Shown: positions 28,111 through 36,811 of the stretch, piece by piece | Layout: each line of letters starts with the position of its first letter | How positions within the stretch are numbered: position 1 is the stretch's first letter | Origin: Terrimicrobiaceae bacterium | Lineage (GTDB): Bacteria; Verrucomicrobiota; Verrucomicrobiia; Chthoniobacterales; Terrimicrobiaceae | Assembly: GCA_049317665.1 (NCBI GenBank) | Contig: JBMOHW010000001.1 | Location: 17,144 to 81,143 of the forward strand | DNA length: 64,000 bases | Direction of reading: 5' to 3' | Translations under genes and position numbers: made by a program | The notes under the pieces: model-generated | Seen by the model: only the letters and a program-made list of their open reading frames with translations | The model's database searches: none | What the model was told of the DNA's origin: nothing

Positions 28111-30044
28111 ACTCCTCGAAAATGTCGATCCTTCTCGCCCTTCTCGCCGGCTTTGCTGCCGGATCGGGAGTCGGATTTTTTTCCGCCAACCGGGGGACGG
28201 TATCAAAAGGCCCGACCGCGACGTCGCCAGACCAGGCACCGCAGACGGGACCCATTTCCGTCGCTGACCAGCCGTCGCGGTCATCCGGTGAGTCGTTCGA
28301 GCCCCGCGCCGGAACGCAGCCGATCACGGCCAAACAGCTCCAGGCAGAACTCGCCGAGATCGATCAGTTTGGATTCGGGGGAATGAACTCCATGCGCAAA
28401 TGGGCGGACATCGGTGACCGGCTCCGGGTTTCCGATCCGGCAAAGATTGCCGCCGAAATGGCGGGCTCGCCGCAGGCTCAAGGCAATGCGGGCATGGGGT
28501 GGAGCTTTGTGATGGCGGCGTTTGCAGAAAATGACCCGCAGGCCGCATGGAATTTTGCTTTGGGGATGAAGGCGGGACCTTCTCGCCAAGCTGCGATGAT
28601 GGCGGTTGTCTCATCGGTCTCGGCAAAAGATCCGACCCGCGCTTTGACCATGGCGGATTCCATCGAGGACGCACAAGTCAAACGCCAGATTCGCTCGATG
28701 GCGATCATGAGCATTGCGCAAAAGGATCCGCGACGGGCGCTGGACCTCGCCACAAAAAATGAGGGCGCCGCGGGCGAAGACTATGCTGTCTCAATGATCT
28801 TCCATCAGTGGGCACGAAAAGATCCGGAGGGAGCGAAAGCCGCCGTCGCCAAGCTCACCGGCCGCTCCGCCGAGCAGGCACGGATGTCACTCATGATGGC
28901 CCTGACTCAGAGCGATCCGGAGGAGGCTTGGAAGTATGCGCTGACTCTGCCGCCAGGCGGCGAGAATTCCCAGGATGCCCGGCAGCAGGTTGTCCAGCAG
29001 TGGTCGCAAACCGATCCGCAGGCGGCCCTCAAGGCGGCTCTCGACATTCCGGATGTGGGCGTTCGCTCCGGCGCAATCTCCGCAGCGGTGGGTGCCTGGT
29101 CACGGAGCGATTTCAAGGGGGCGCTTCAATACGCGATCGGAGTGTCGGACTCGACCATGAGGTCGGACATTTTTCGGGCGATGAGCATGAATCCCTCGAA
29201 CAACCGTCAGGAACTTCTTGATGCCGTGCTCGAGCATATGCCGGCCGGAGACAACTTCCAGCAAGCCGTCTCCGGAATCCTTTCTTCATGGGCACGAGAA
29301 AACCCAGCCCAGGCGGCAGCCGCACTGGATCAGCTTCCGCCGGGACGGATCATGTCCCAGGCGGCCCAGCAGGTTGTTTCCCAGTGGGCGCATACGGGAA
29401 ACAAGGCCGAGGTTTTCGCCTGGGTCCGCCGCCTGCCGGAGGGGGAGGCTCGCCAAAATTCCCTCAATTCCCTCTTCTCTCAATGGAGTTCCCAGGATCC
29501 GCAGCAAGCCCTCGGAGCACTCAACTCGCTGACGGCCGATGACCGGAAAAACGCGATCCGTGCGCTTTCGTCCGGGTGGAGTCGGAAAAATCCTGAGGCC
29601 GCCCTTCAATGGTCGGCGACGCTCGGCGACGCCGACGAGCGCCGCGATGTCGTTCGCGATGCTGTCTCGCAGTGGGCCAACTCCTCGCCAGAGGCTGCCG
29701 CTCAATATGTCCAGCGTTTGACTGAGAACGAGCGCGGCCCGGCCATGCAGGCGGTCGTGGACCGGTGGGCATCGAAAGATGCCGAGGCCGCCGCAAACTG
29801 GCTCTCGCGGCAGCCGCCGGGCACGTCGAAGGACTCTGCGATCACCTCGCTCACGCGAAAGATTGCCTCGGAAGATCCCGAGACCGCTCTCTCTTGGGCG
29901 GCGACGATTTCCGATCAAAAAGCGAGGGACCGGCAGGTCGAGAATCTTGCCCGGGATTGGATGAGGCAGGATGCCGCCGCGGCCCGCGCTTGGATTTCGA
30001 CTTCGAACCTCCCCCCCGAGACCCGGCAGCGCCTGACGAAATAA
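28107..30044 (+). CDS. membrane-anchored helical-repeat protein (about 16 W-x-x-x-D-P-x-x-A type repeats)
   Basis: 645-aa ORF. ATGA overlap with the meaB stop. N-terminal TM helix MSILLALLAGFAAGSGVGFF. Repeated units such as QWARKDPEGAKAAV, QWSQTDPQAALKAAL, GWSRKNPEAALQWSA, RWASKDAEAAANWLS and DWMRQDAAAARAWIS. Confidence 0.7.
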   Translation: MNSSKMSILLALLAGFAAGSGVGFFSANRGTVSKGPTATSPDQAPQTGPISVADQPSRSSGESFEPRAGTQPITAKQLQAELAEIDQFGFGGMNSMRKWADIGDRLRVSDPAKIAAEMAGSPQAQGNAGMGWSFVMAAFAENDPQAAWNFALGMKAGPSRQAAMMAVVSSVSAKDPTRALTMADSIEDAQVKRQIRSMAIMSIAQKDPRRALDLATKNEGAAGEDYAVSMIFHQWARKDPEGAKAAVAKLTGRSAEQARMSLMMALTQSDPEEAWKYALTLPPGGENSQDARQQVVQQWSQTDPQAALKAALDIPDVGVRSGAISAAVGAWSRSDFKGALQYAIGVSDSTMRSDIFRAMSMNPSNNRQELLDAVLEHMPAGDNFQQAVSGILSSWARENPAQAAAALDQLPPGRIMSQAAQQVVSQWAHTGNKAEVFAWVRRLPEGEARQNSLNSLFSQWSSQDPQQALGALNSLTADDRKNAIRALSSGWSRKNPEAALQWSATLGDADERRDVVRDAVSQWANSSPEAAAQYVQRLTENERGPAMQAVVDRWASKDAEAAANWLSRQPPGTSKDSAITSLTRKIASEDPETALSWAATISDQKARDRQVENLARDWMRQDAAAARAWISTSNLPPETRQRLTK

Positions 30045-30048
30045 TACG

Positions 30049-30597
30049 ATGACACACGACGAACGCCTCAAAAAATTCCTTCTCCGAAAACCGGATCTTT
30101 CTGCTGCGGCGTTTGTCGCCACGGATGCGAAAATCATGGGCGACGTCCGGCTCGGGAAAGATTCCAGCGTCTTTTATGGCGCGGTCTTGAGGGGCGATAT
30201 TGAGTCGATCCATGTCGGCGAGGGAACGAATGTGCAAGATGGCGCGATCATCCACCTCGCGGACGATCTGTCCGCGAACGTCGGAGCCTATTGCACGATC
30301 GGTCACGGGGCGATTGTTCACGCCTGCACGGTTCGCGACGAATGCCTTATCGGAATGCGCGCCGTGGTCCTCGACGGTGCCGAAATCGGGGAGCAGTGCC
30401 TCGTCGCAGCCGGGGCGGTCGTGACGCCGCGAACGAAGATCCCGGCGGGTTCGATGGTTATGGGCACGCCCGCTAAAGTGGTCCGTGTGCTGTCGTTCGA
30501 GGAGCGCGCCGGACTTCGGGAGTGGGCGGAGAAATACATCTGCGTGGCGCGGGCCCATGCGGCGCTCCAGAAGGCATCGGCCTCCGTTCCAGGCTAG
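30049..30597 (+). CDS. gamma carbonic anhydrase-like left-handed beta-helix (hexapeptide) protein
   Basis: 182-aa ORF. Hexapeptide repeats and motifs VRLGKDSSVFYGAVLRGD, IHVGEGTNVQDGAIIH and IGHGAIVH, typical of the YrdA/PaaY-like family. Confidence 0.85.
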   Translation: MTHDERLKKFLLRKPDLSAAAFVATDAKIMGDVRLGKDSSVFYGAVLRGDIESIHVGEGTNVQDGAIIHLADDLSANVGAYCTIGHGAIVHACTVRDECLIGMRAVVLDGAEIGEQCLVAAGAVVTPRTKIPAGSMVMGTPAKVVRVLSFEERAGLREWAEKYICVARAHAALQKASASVPG

Positions 30598-30614
30598 AAA
30601 AAAGTTCTTGCCAG

Positions 30615-30649
30615 TGGTGTTGATATTAGAATATCTAATAATAACACCA
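30615..30649. promoter_or_regulatory. 35-bp AT-rich imperfect palindrome ending 2 nt before the mce start codon (operator or RNA hairpin candidate)
   Basis: TGGTGTTGATATTAGAATATCTAATAATAACACCA. 13 of 17 arm positions are complementary, plus one G-T. Outer arms TGGTGTT/AACACCA, inner arms ATTAGA/TCTAAT. It stands out as an AT-rich island in GC-rich DNA. Confidence 0.4.
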
Positions 30650-30651
30650 AC

Positions 30652-31083
30652 ATGAGTGCCACTATTCAAAAAATTGATCATCTGGGGATCGCAGTGAAAT
30701 CAATCGAAGCCGCCTTGCCCTACTACGAGAAGACTCTGGGAATGAAGTGCGAGCACTTCGAGGACGTGCCTTCCCAGAAAGTGCGGACGGCATTTTTTGC
30801 CTGTGGCGAAGTCCATCTGGAACTGCTTGAGCCGACCGATCCGGAGAGCACGATTGCCAAGTTCATTGCCGACCGGGGTGAGGGGATTCACCACATTGCT
30901 TTCGCCACGACCGATATCACTGAGCAGCTGGCTCAGGCCAAGGATTCGGGCGCCCGCCTGATTCATGAGGTTCCTTTCGATGGAGCGGGAGGGAAACTGG
31001 TCGCCTTCCTGCATCCCAAAAGTTCGTTTGGGGTCCTCACCGAGTTCTGCCAGCCGAAGAGCGCCGCCACACCGTCCCACTAA
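30652..31083 (+). CDS. mce: methylmalonyl-CoA epimerase (VOC/glyoxalase fold)
   Basis: 143-aa ORF. IDHLGIAVKSIEAALPYYEKTLGM, VHLELLEP and GEGIHHIAF are typical of the epimerase. Context is next to the methylmalonyl-CoA decarboxylase genes. Confidence 0.85.
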   Translation: MSATIQKIDHLGIAVKSIEAALPYYEKTLGMKCEHFEDVPSQKVRTAFFACGEVHLELLEPTDPESTIAKFIADRGEGIHHIAFATTDITEQLAQAKDSGARLIHEVPFDGAGGKLVAFLHPKSSFGVLTEFCQPKSAATPSH

Positions 31084-31097
31084 CCTCCCGCACCATT

Positions 31098-32642
31098 ATG
31101 GCCATCAAAAATCAATTTCTCGAAGAGTTGGAAACCCGCCGCCAGACGGTCCTCGACGCCGGCGGAAAAGACAAACTCGAAGCCCGTCGCAAGAAGGGAC
31201 TAATGACAGCGCGTGATCGCTTGGATCACCTTTTCCAGCAGGGAACGTTCATGGAATTTGGCATGCACGTGCAGCATTCGTGTCACAACTTTGGCATGGA
31301 AAAGAAAGACCTGCCCGCGGATGGCGTCGTGACGGGCACCGGGTATGTCGGCAATCGCCCGGTGGCTGCCTACAGCCAGGACTTCACGGTCGCGGGAGGA
31401 TCGCTGGGCGAAATGCACGCGCAGAAGATTTGCGACATCATGGATTTCGCGCAGCAGTCTGGAATGCCGGTTGTCTGCTTCAACGACTCCGGCGGAGCGC
31501 GAATTCAAGAGGGTGTGGAATCGCTTTCGGGCTATGGCAAGGTCTTCTTCAAAAACGTCTATCTCTCGGGCGTCGTGCCGCAGATTGCCGTGATCGCCGG
31601 TCCCTGCGCCGGGGGAGCGGCCTATTCGCCGGCTCTGACGGATTTCCAGATCATGGTCAAGGACCAGGCGAACATGTTTATCTGTGGCCCGGACGTGATC
31701 CTCGCGGCCACCGGACAAAAATGCACAATGGCCGAAGTCGGTAGCGCGGCGGCCCACGCAACGATCAGTGGCAACATCCACTTTGTCGCGGACAGTGATG
31801 CGCAGGCGATTGCGATTGTTCAGAAGCTGCTCTCGTTCATTCCGTCCAACAACATCATGGACCCACCGCATGATCTCACGGTTCCGTTGACACTGGACGA
31901 GGATCCGGGCATGGACGAACTAATTCCCGAAGACGCGAAAAACCCGATCGATGTGAAGGTCGTGATCGCGCGTCTGGTCGATCAGGGGGATTTTCTGGAA
32001 GTTCAGATGGATTTCGCGAAAAACATTGTTGTCGGATTTGCCAGAATCCAGGGGATCGTGGTTGGGATCATTGCGAACCAGCCGACGTTCAAGGCCGGTG
32101 CGCTCGACATCGATGCGTCCGACAAGGCGGCGCGGTTCATCCGGTTTTGTAATATTTTTAACATCCCGATCGTGACGTTGGTTGATACCGGTGGCTTTTT
32201 GCCGGGCGTCGCTCAAGAGCGAGGGGGAATCATACGCCACGGCGCAAAAATGCTTTTTGCGTATGGCGCGGCAACCGTGCCAAAGATCACTGTGATCATG
32301 CGTAAAGCGTATGGCGGAGCCTATCTCGCGATGTGCAGCCAGGATCTCGGGGCCGATCTCGTCTTCGCGTGGCCGACGGCGGAGATCGCCGTGATGGGTG
32401 CCGAGGGTGCGGTCAAGATTCTCTACAAGCGCGAGATTGAAAAAGACCCGGCCTCCGAGGCGCAGCTCATTGCCGACTATCGCGCAAAGTTCGCCTCGCC
32501 GTATCAGGCGGCCGGGAAGGGGATGATCACCGATGTGATCCGTCCTTCACAGACCCGCGCGATGGTTGCCATGGCCTTGCGAAACACACTTTCGAAACGC
32601 GAAACCCGTCCGCCCAAAAAACATGGCAACATCCCGCTTTGA
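31098..32642 (+). CDS. methylmalonyl-CoA decarboxylase alpha subunit / acyl-CoA carboxyltransferase
   Basis: 514-aa ORF of the carboxyltransferase (PccB/MmdA) family: KLEARRKKGLMTARDRL, FNDSGGARIQEG, GPCAGGAAYSPALTDF, RKAYGGAYLAM. The decarboxylase role is inferred from the neighbouring Na+ pump subunit genes. Confidence 0.9.
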   Translation: MAIKNQFLEELETRRQTVLDAGGKDKLEARRKKGLMTARDRLDHLFQQGTFMEFGMHVQHSCHNFGMEKKDLPADGVVTGTGYVGNRPVAAYSQDFTVAGGSLGEMHAQKICDIMDFAQQSGMPVVCFNDSGGARIQEGVESLSGYGKVFFKNVYLSGVVPQIAVIAGPCAGGAAYSPALTDFQIMVKDQANMFICGPDVILAATGQKCTMAEVGSAAAHATISGNIHFVADSDAQAIAIVQKLLSFIPSNNIMDPPHDLTVPLTLDEDPGMDELIPEDAKNPIDVKVVIARLVDQGDFLEVQMDFAKNIVVGFARIQGIVVGIIANQPTFKAGALDIDASDKAARFIRFCNIFNIPIVTLVDTGGFLPGVAQERGGIIRHGAKMLFAYGAATVPKITVIMRKAYGGAYLAMCSQDLGADLVFAWPTAEIAVMGAEGAVKILYKREIEKDPASEAQLIADYRAKFASPYQAAGKGMITDVIRPSQTRAMVAMALRNTLSKRETRPPKKHGNIPL

Positions 32643-32684
32643 CGCCACGGGAAGAAATTTACTAATCATCCCAACGAAACCGTT

Positions 32685-33059
32685 ATGAAAAAACTCCGTG
32701 TTACAGTCGATGGAAAGGTCTACGAGGTCGTCGTCGAATCTCTTGATGAACCCCTAAGATCGGTTCCGGTTCTTCAGCAGTCGAGTGTGGCACCGGTGGC
32801 CTCTTCGTCGGCCACGAAGCCTGCCGCGCCAGCCGCTGCCGGGGGAGCGGGGGATGTGGTCAGTCCGCTGGCTGGACGGATTGTCTCCGTGGATTGTTCC
32901 GTCGGCCAGAAGATCGCATCGGGTGACAAGTTGGCCACCGTCGAGGCGATGAAAATGAATACATTTGTCTATGCCTCGACCGATGGCACCGTCGCAAGTA
33001 TCTCGGTCCAAGCCGGGGATGCAGTGGAGGAGGGACAGGTTCTCGTCACGCTTTCCTGA
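32685..33059 (+). CDS. biotin carboxyl carrier subunit (gamma subunit of decarboxylase)
   Basis: 124-aa ORF. Ala/Pro linker and biotinylation motif EAMKMNT in a C-terminal lipoyl/biotinyl domain. Confidence 0.85.
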   Translation: MKKLRVTVDGKVYEVVVESLDEPLRSVPVLQQSSVAPVASSSATKPAAPAAAGGAGDVVSPLAGRIVSVDCSVGQKIASGDKLATVEAMKMNTFVYASTDGTVASISVQAGDAVEEGQVLVTLS

Positions 33060-33068
33060 TTGATCACC

Positions 33069-33437
33069 ATGGACCTCTTACTTGCCACCACCAGCGATGT
33101 CCTCCGCTTGGAGACGGCGATCCTCCTCATCGTGGTGGTCGCACTCGCAGTTCTGGCGAAGGCGGTGGTTGATTTGAAATCCGAAGTGAAGAGCCTTCGG
33201 CGGGGAGATGCTTCTGGATCGCCGCAGGCCAAACCGTCTGCGATGCCGGTGGTCAGTCCGGCTTCCATGCCAACTCCCGCGGATGAAGCGGTTACGCCTG
33301 AGATCTTTGCCGTGATCGTCGCGGCGGTCCACGCTTCGCTCGGGGATCAACATCAGATTGTTTCCGTAACTCCCGCCGAGACCCTTTGGTCGCGGGAAGG
33401 TCGGCGGACAATCTTTGGGTCGCATTCAATTCGATGA
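33069..33437 (+). CDS. OadG/MmdD-like small membrane subunit (putative delta subunit)
   Basis: ORF 33060..33437, trimmed to ATG 33069. One N-terminal TM helix (AILLIVVVALAVLAKAVV). Pro/Ala linker. C-terminal EIFAVIVAAVHASLG...IVSV...WSREGRR resembles the conserved tail of decarboxylase anchor subunits. Confidence 0.5.
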   Translation: MDLLLATTSDVLRLETAILLIVVVALAVLAKAVVDLKSEVKSLRRGDASGSPQAKPSAMPVVSPASMPTPADEAVTPEIFAVIVAAVHASLGDQHQIVSVTPAETLWSREGRRTIFGSHSIR

Positions 33438-33456
33438 TCGCTGACACTCGATAGCC

Positions 33457-34431
33457 ATGGACCCCATGCTTCTCCTCTGGATCATTTTCGGGATCGCCGC
33501 CGTGGGGGTCTCGGCGCTCGATCTTTTTGTTATCACCCACCGACATTCAGCGGTGGGCGTGGCCTCCGCCCTCCGATGGACGGCCACATGGGTGGCGGTG
33601 GCACTCGCGTTTGGAGTCGCGATTTTTTTCCTGCATCCGGGCGGCGGCGAAATTGCCACACTCTACATTGCCGGTTATCTCACAGAGTATTCGCTGTCGG
33701 TCGATAATCTCTTCGTCTTCATCCTCATTTTTTCCCTGATGGGAGTTCCCGAGATCGCCCAGCCGAAGCTCATCAAGCTCGGGATCTATCTTTCGATTTT
33801 TTTGCGAGTGCTCTTCATCCTCTTTGGCATCGCGCTCATCGCAAAGTTCCATTGGCTGCTCTACGTCTTCGGGGCGCTTCTCATCTGGACCGCATGGAAA
33901 ATGCTCACAGCCGACGGGGATGAACAGGTGAATCCGAAGAACAACATCTTCTTCAAAATTGCCTCGAAGTTCCTGCCGGTGGTCGATCCGGGTCCCGAGA
34001 CTCGCCGACTTGTTGTCCGCCATGCCGGGAAACTCGCCATCACCCCGCTGTTCCTCGTCGTCCTCGTGATTGGCTCGACAGACGTCCTCTTCGCGCTGGA
34101 CTCGATCCCCGCGATCATGGGGATCAGTAGCGATCCGTTTGTGGTCCTGACATCAAATGTTTTCGCCGTTCTCGGCCTGAACTCGCTCTTCTTCGCGCTT
34201 CGCGGTGTGATGGGGATGTTTAAATTTCTCAAGCATGGGGTGAGCCTCATCCTCTTTTTTATTGGCGCGAAGATGATTGCCGGGATCTACCCTCCAATTG
34301 AGGAGTGGTTCAAGGAACACGCGTTTGTCTCGCTGGTTGTCATCGGGACCGTTCTGCTGGTTTCGATTGTGCTCTCGATCTGGCATACTCGGATGGCGTC
34401 TGTTCCGCCGGGAGGGAATGGTCATGAATAA
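33457..34431 (+). CDS. TerC family integral membrane protein
   Basis: 324-aa polytopic ORF with the hallmark YLTEYSLSVDNLFVFILIF and a second SxDS-type segment FALDSIPAIMGIS. Confidence 0.85.
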   Translation: MDPMLLLWIIFGIAAVGVSALDLFVITHRHSAVGVASALRWTATWVAVALAFGVAIFFLHPGGGEIATLYIAGYLTEYSLSVDNLFVFILIFSLMGVPEIAQPKLIKLGIYLSIFLRVLFILFGIALIAKFHWLLYVFGALLIWTAWKMLTADGDEQVNPKNNIFFKIASKFLPVVDPGPETRRLVVRHAGKLAITPLFLVVLVIGSTDVLFALDSIPAIMGISSDPFVVLTSNVFAVLGLNSLFFALRGVMGMFKFLKHGVSLILFFIGAKMIAGIYPPIEEWFKEHAFVSLVVIGTVLLVSIVLSIWHTRMASVPPGGNGHE

Positions 34432-34567
34432 TGCGACCTTTGGCCTGACGATGTTGATCGTCGGAATGGGCGGGACGCTGGTCACCCTCGCGTTGGTTTC
34501 TTTTCTCATCCACCTGTTGACGATTTTCTTTCCGCTCCGTGAGGGGGAGAAGGAAGAGCAAAAGTGA
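34424..34567 (+). CDS. OadG-family small subunit (putative epsilon/gamma-type anchor, 47 aa)
   Basis: Internal ATG (34424, alternative 34418) of ORF 34277..34567. MNNATFGLTMLIVGMGGTLVTLALVSFLIHLL is one TM helix, followed by the charged tail REGEKEEQK. It overlaps the TerC stop, and its own stop overlaps the start of the beta subunit. Confidence 0.5.
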   Translation: MNNATFGLTMLIVGMGGTLVTLALVSFLIHLLTIFFPLREGEKEEQK

Positions 34568-35730
34568 GCGAGGCCATCCTGAGCGGAATCGGAGCGTTGT
34601 TCGAGGGTATTCGATTCCTGATGGCGCACGGCGGTCCGAACGTGATCATGATCGCCGTGGCGTGCGCAATGTTTTGGCTGGCCATCGCCCGCGATGTCGA
34701 GCCGCTCCTGCTCCTGCCGATTGCGTTTGGATGCCTGCTGGTGAATTTGCCGCTGAGCGAGGTGATGGATGCGGGTGGTGTCCTCAATACTCTCTACGCT
34801 TTCGGCATTGGGAACGAATTGTTTCCTCTTCTGATCTTTGTCGGCATCGGTTCGATGACCGATTTCACTCCGCTCCTGGCAAATCCCCGCCTGCTTCTCT
34901 TTGGTGCCGCCGGTCAGGTCGGAATCTTCGTCACGTTGTTGCTCGCTCTGGCTCTGGGATTCTCAAAAGAAGAGGCGGTCTCGGTGGCCGCCATCGGAGC
35001 CTGTGACGGCCCGACGGTGATCTACGTATCGAACATGTTTGCCGGGATGGGGCGGATCCCCGAGGCAATGGTCGGTGCGCTGGCTGTGGCTGCCTATTCG
35101 TATATGGCGCTCGTTCCCATCATCCAGCCGCCGATTATGCGGCTCCTGACTACGCGAAAGGAGCGGGAGGTCAAGATGCCGAGCTCAAAGGGAAGGGTCT
35201 CCCCGGCCGCGCTGATGGCATTTCCGATTGTTGTAACGGTGGTCACTGGGATCATCGCTCCCAAGGGCCTTCCGCTCATGGGGATGATCATGCTGGGGAA
35301 TTTCATGAAGGTCTCGGGCGTCGTTCCCAGGCTTGTCAAAGCGAGCGAGAACGAGATTGCAAATGTGGCAACGCTCTTCCTCGGACTCGCCATTGGAGGA
35401 ACGATGGCGGGCCAACAGTTCCTCACCCGAGAGACACTCATGGTTTTCGCCCTCGGTCTCGTCGCCATCACGATCGATACCGTCGGTGGCATTCTTTTGG
35501 GCAAAATCTGGTATTGGCTCTCAGGCGGAAAAGTGAACCCCCTCATCGGCGCCGCCGGGATCTCGGCCTATCCGATGGCGGCACGCCTCGTGCAAACCGA
35601 GGGTCAGCGCTGGAACAAACAGAACTTCCTTCTCATGCACGCCATGGGCGCCAATACGGGCGGGCAGATCGGGTCGGTCATGGCTGCTGCCATCATGCTC
35701 TCGATTCTCAAGGGCATGGGAATTATTTGA
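34564..35730 (+). CDS. sodium ion-translocating decarboxylase beta subunit
   Basis: 388-aa polytopic ORF (GTG start) of the OadB/MmdB/GcdB family: GIGSMTDFTPLLANP, GAAGQVGIF, IGACDGPT, PLIGAAGISAYPMAARL. Confidence 0.92.
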   Translation: MSEAILSGIGALFEGIRFLMAHGGPNVIMIAVACAMFWLAIARDVEPLLLLPIAFGCLLVNLPLSEVMDAGGVLNTLYAFGIGNELFPLLIFVGIGSMTDFTPLLANPRLLLFGAAGQVGIFVTLLLALALGFSKEEAVSVAAIGACDGPTVIYVSNMFAGMGRIPEAMVGALAVAAYSYMALVPIIQPPIMRLLTTRKEREVKMPSSKGRVSPAALMAFPIVVTVVTGIIAPKGLPLMGMIMLGNFMKVSGVVPRLVKASENEIANVATLFLGLAIGGTMAGQQFLTRETLMVFALGLVAITIDTVGGILLGKIWYWLSGGKVNPLIGAAGISAYPMAARLVQTEGQRWNKQNFLLMHAMGANTGGQIGSVMAAAIMLSILKGMGII

Positions 35731-35741
35731 GCGAGGGTTGG

Positions 35742-36704
35742 CTAAGCCCGACCCACCTCGGTGCACTTCGTGAGGTCTGAAATGCGTGATGCGATCTGAG
35801 CGGCATCGATGGCGGGGCCGATGAGGAGGGCAAGAGGAGTATTGATCCGGGGATTACTCCCGACCGGAATGAACTGCACGTCGTCGTCGATCCTCTGGAA
35901 GACAAAGAACTCGTCGGCCTTGTCCTCGAAGCAGACAAGGCCCTTGGCGCGGATCACCTCGCGTGGAAGATTTTTGAGGAACCTTTCGAATGCCACGCGA
36001 GAAACCCGCGCCGGCAAAGGAAGTTCGCAGGAGGCGAAATGGCTCTGCTCGTGATCATGGGAATGGCCGCCGTGTTCATGATCGCATCTGCCCTGACAGA
36101 CCGTCCGGCTGGGAACGCTCGATGCGTCGGCGACGACTTGCAGAAGTTCTCCCGCGAATGTCTCGACGTCGGTTTGCCGTCCACGAATCTGATTGGCAAC
36201 GAGAGACTGCTGAACTTCGGTCCAACGTTTCTCCGGGACCGTATCGCGGCGGGAGATCACGACGTGCGATGCCGTCATGGCCTGTTCGCGCTCGAGGGCA
36301 TTGTGCCAAAATCTCTTCTGCCACCGCTGGGCGTCGATCACGGTGATTTGAATGGGATCGGTGAACTTCTCCAGAGCCGGATCGAGTGCGAGGGCTTCGA
36401 TGAGTGCCCCCGCGTCGGTCGTTCCATTGGTCTCCACAATCATCACGCGATTCGCGCCGTGTCGAAACCCTCTCAGCTCGTCAAACAACTGCTCGCGAGA
36501 CCCGCAACAAACGCAGTCTCCGCTCAGGGCGCGAACCTCGTCGATCAGCTCACGGAACTGCTCGGCGTCGACTTTGGCATTTTGGTAGTCGTTGATCAAA
36601 AGCCCGGGCTGGATTCCGCGGGCCGCCAAAGCTGGAATCAAACCTTTCAAAAACGTCGTTTTTCCAGATCCCAGAAATCCCACAACCAAGACGAGCGGCG
36701 TCAT
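35742..36704 (-). CDS. CobW/COG0523-family G3E GTPase metallochaperone
   Basis: 320-aa ORF. P-loop GFLGSGKTTFL, CxCC metal motif GDCVCCGS, His-rich stretch CDHEHGGHSHDHEQSH, C-terminal CobW_C-like domain. Confidence 0.85.
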   Translation of the reverse strand: MTPLVLVVGFLGSGKTTFLKGLIPALAARGIQPGLLINDYQNAKVDAEQFRELIDEVRALSGDCVCCGSREQLFDELRGFRHGANRVMIVETNGTTDAGALIEALALDPALEKFTDPIQITVIDAQRWQKRFWHNALEREQAMTASHVVISRRDTVPEKRWTEVQQSLVANQIRGRQTDVETFAGELLQVVADASSVPSRTVCQGRCDHEHGGHSHDHEQSHFASCELPLPARVSRVAFERFLKNLPREVIRAKGLVCFEDKADEFFVFQRIDDDVQFIPVGSNPRINTPLALLIGPAIDAAQIASRISDLTKCTEVGRA

Positions 36705-36811
36705 TTCGGAAACCTAGCAGGCCCGATGCGATTTGCCAGTTCCGGATTCTTTTGCCGAAGGCCAGGCTGATCCCGACTTCTCCCCGAGTCATTTCCGTGT
36801 AAGGTTGTGCC

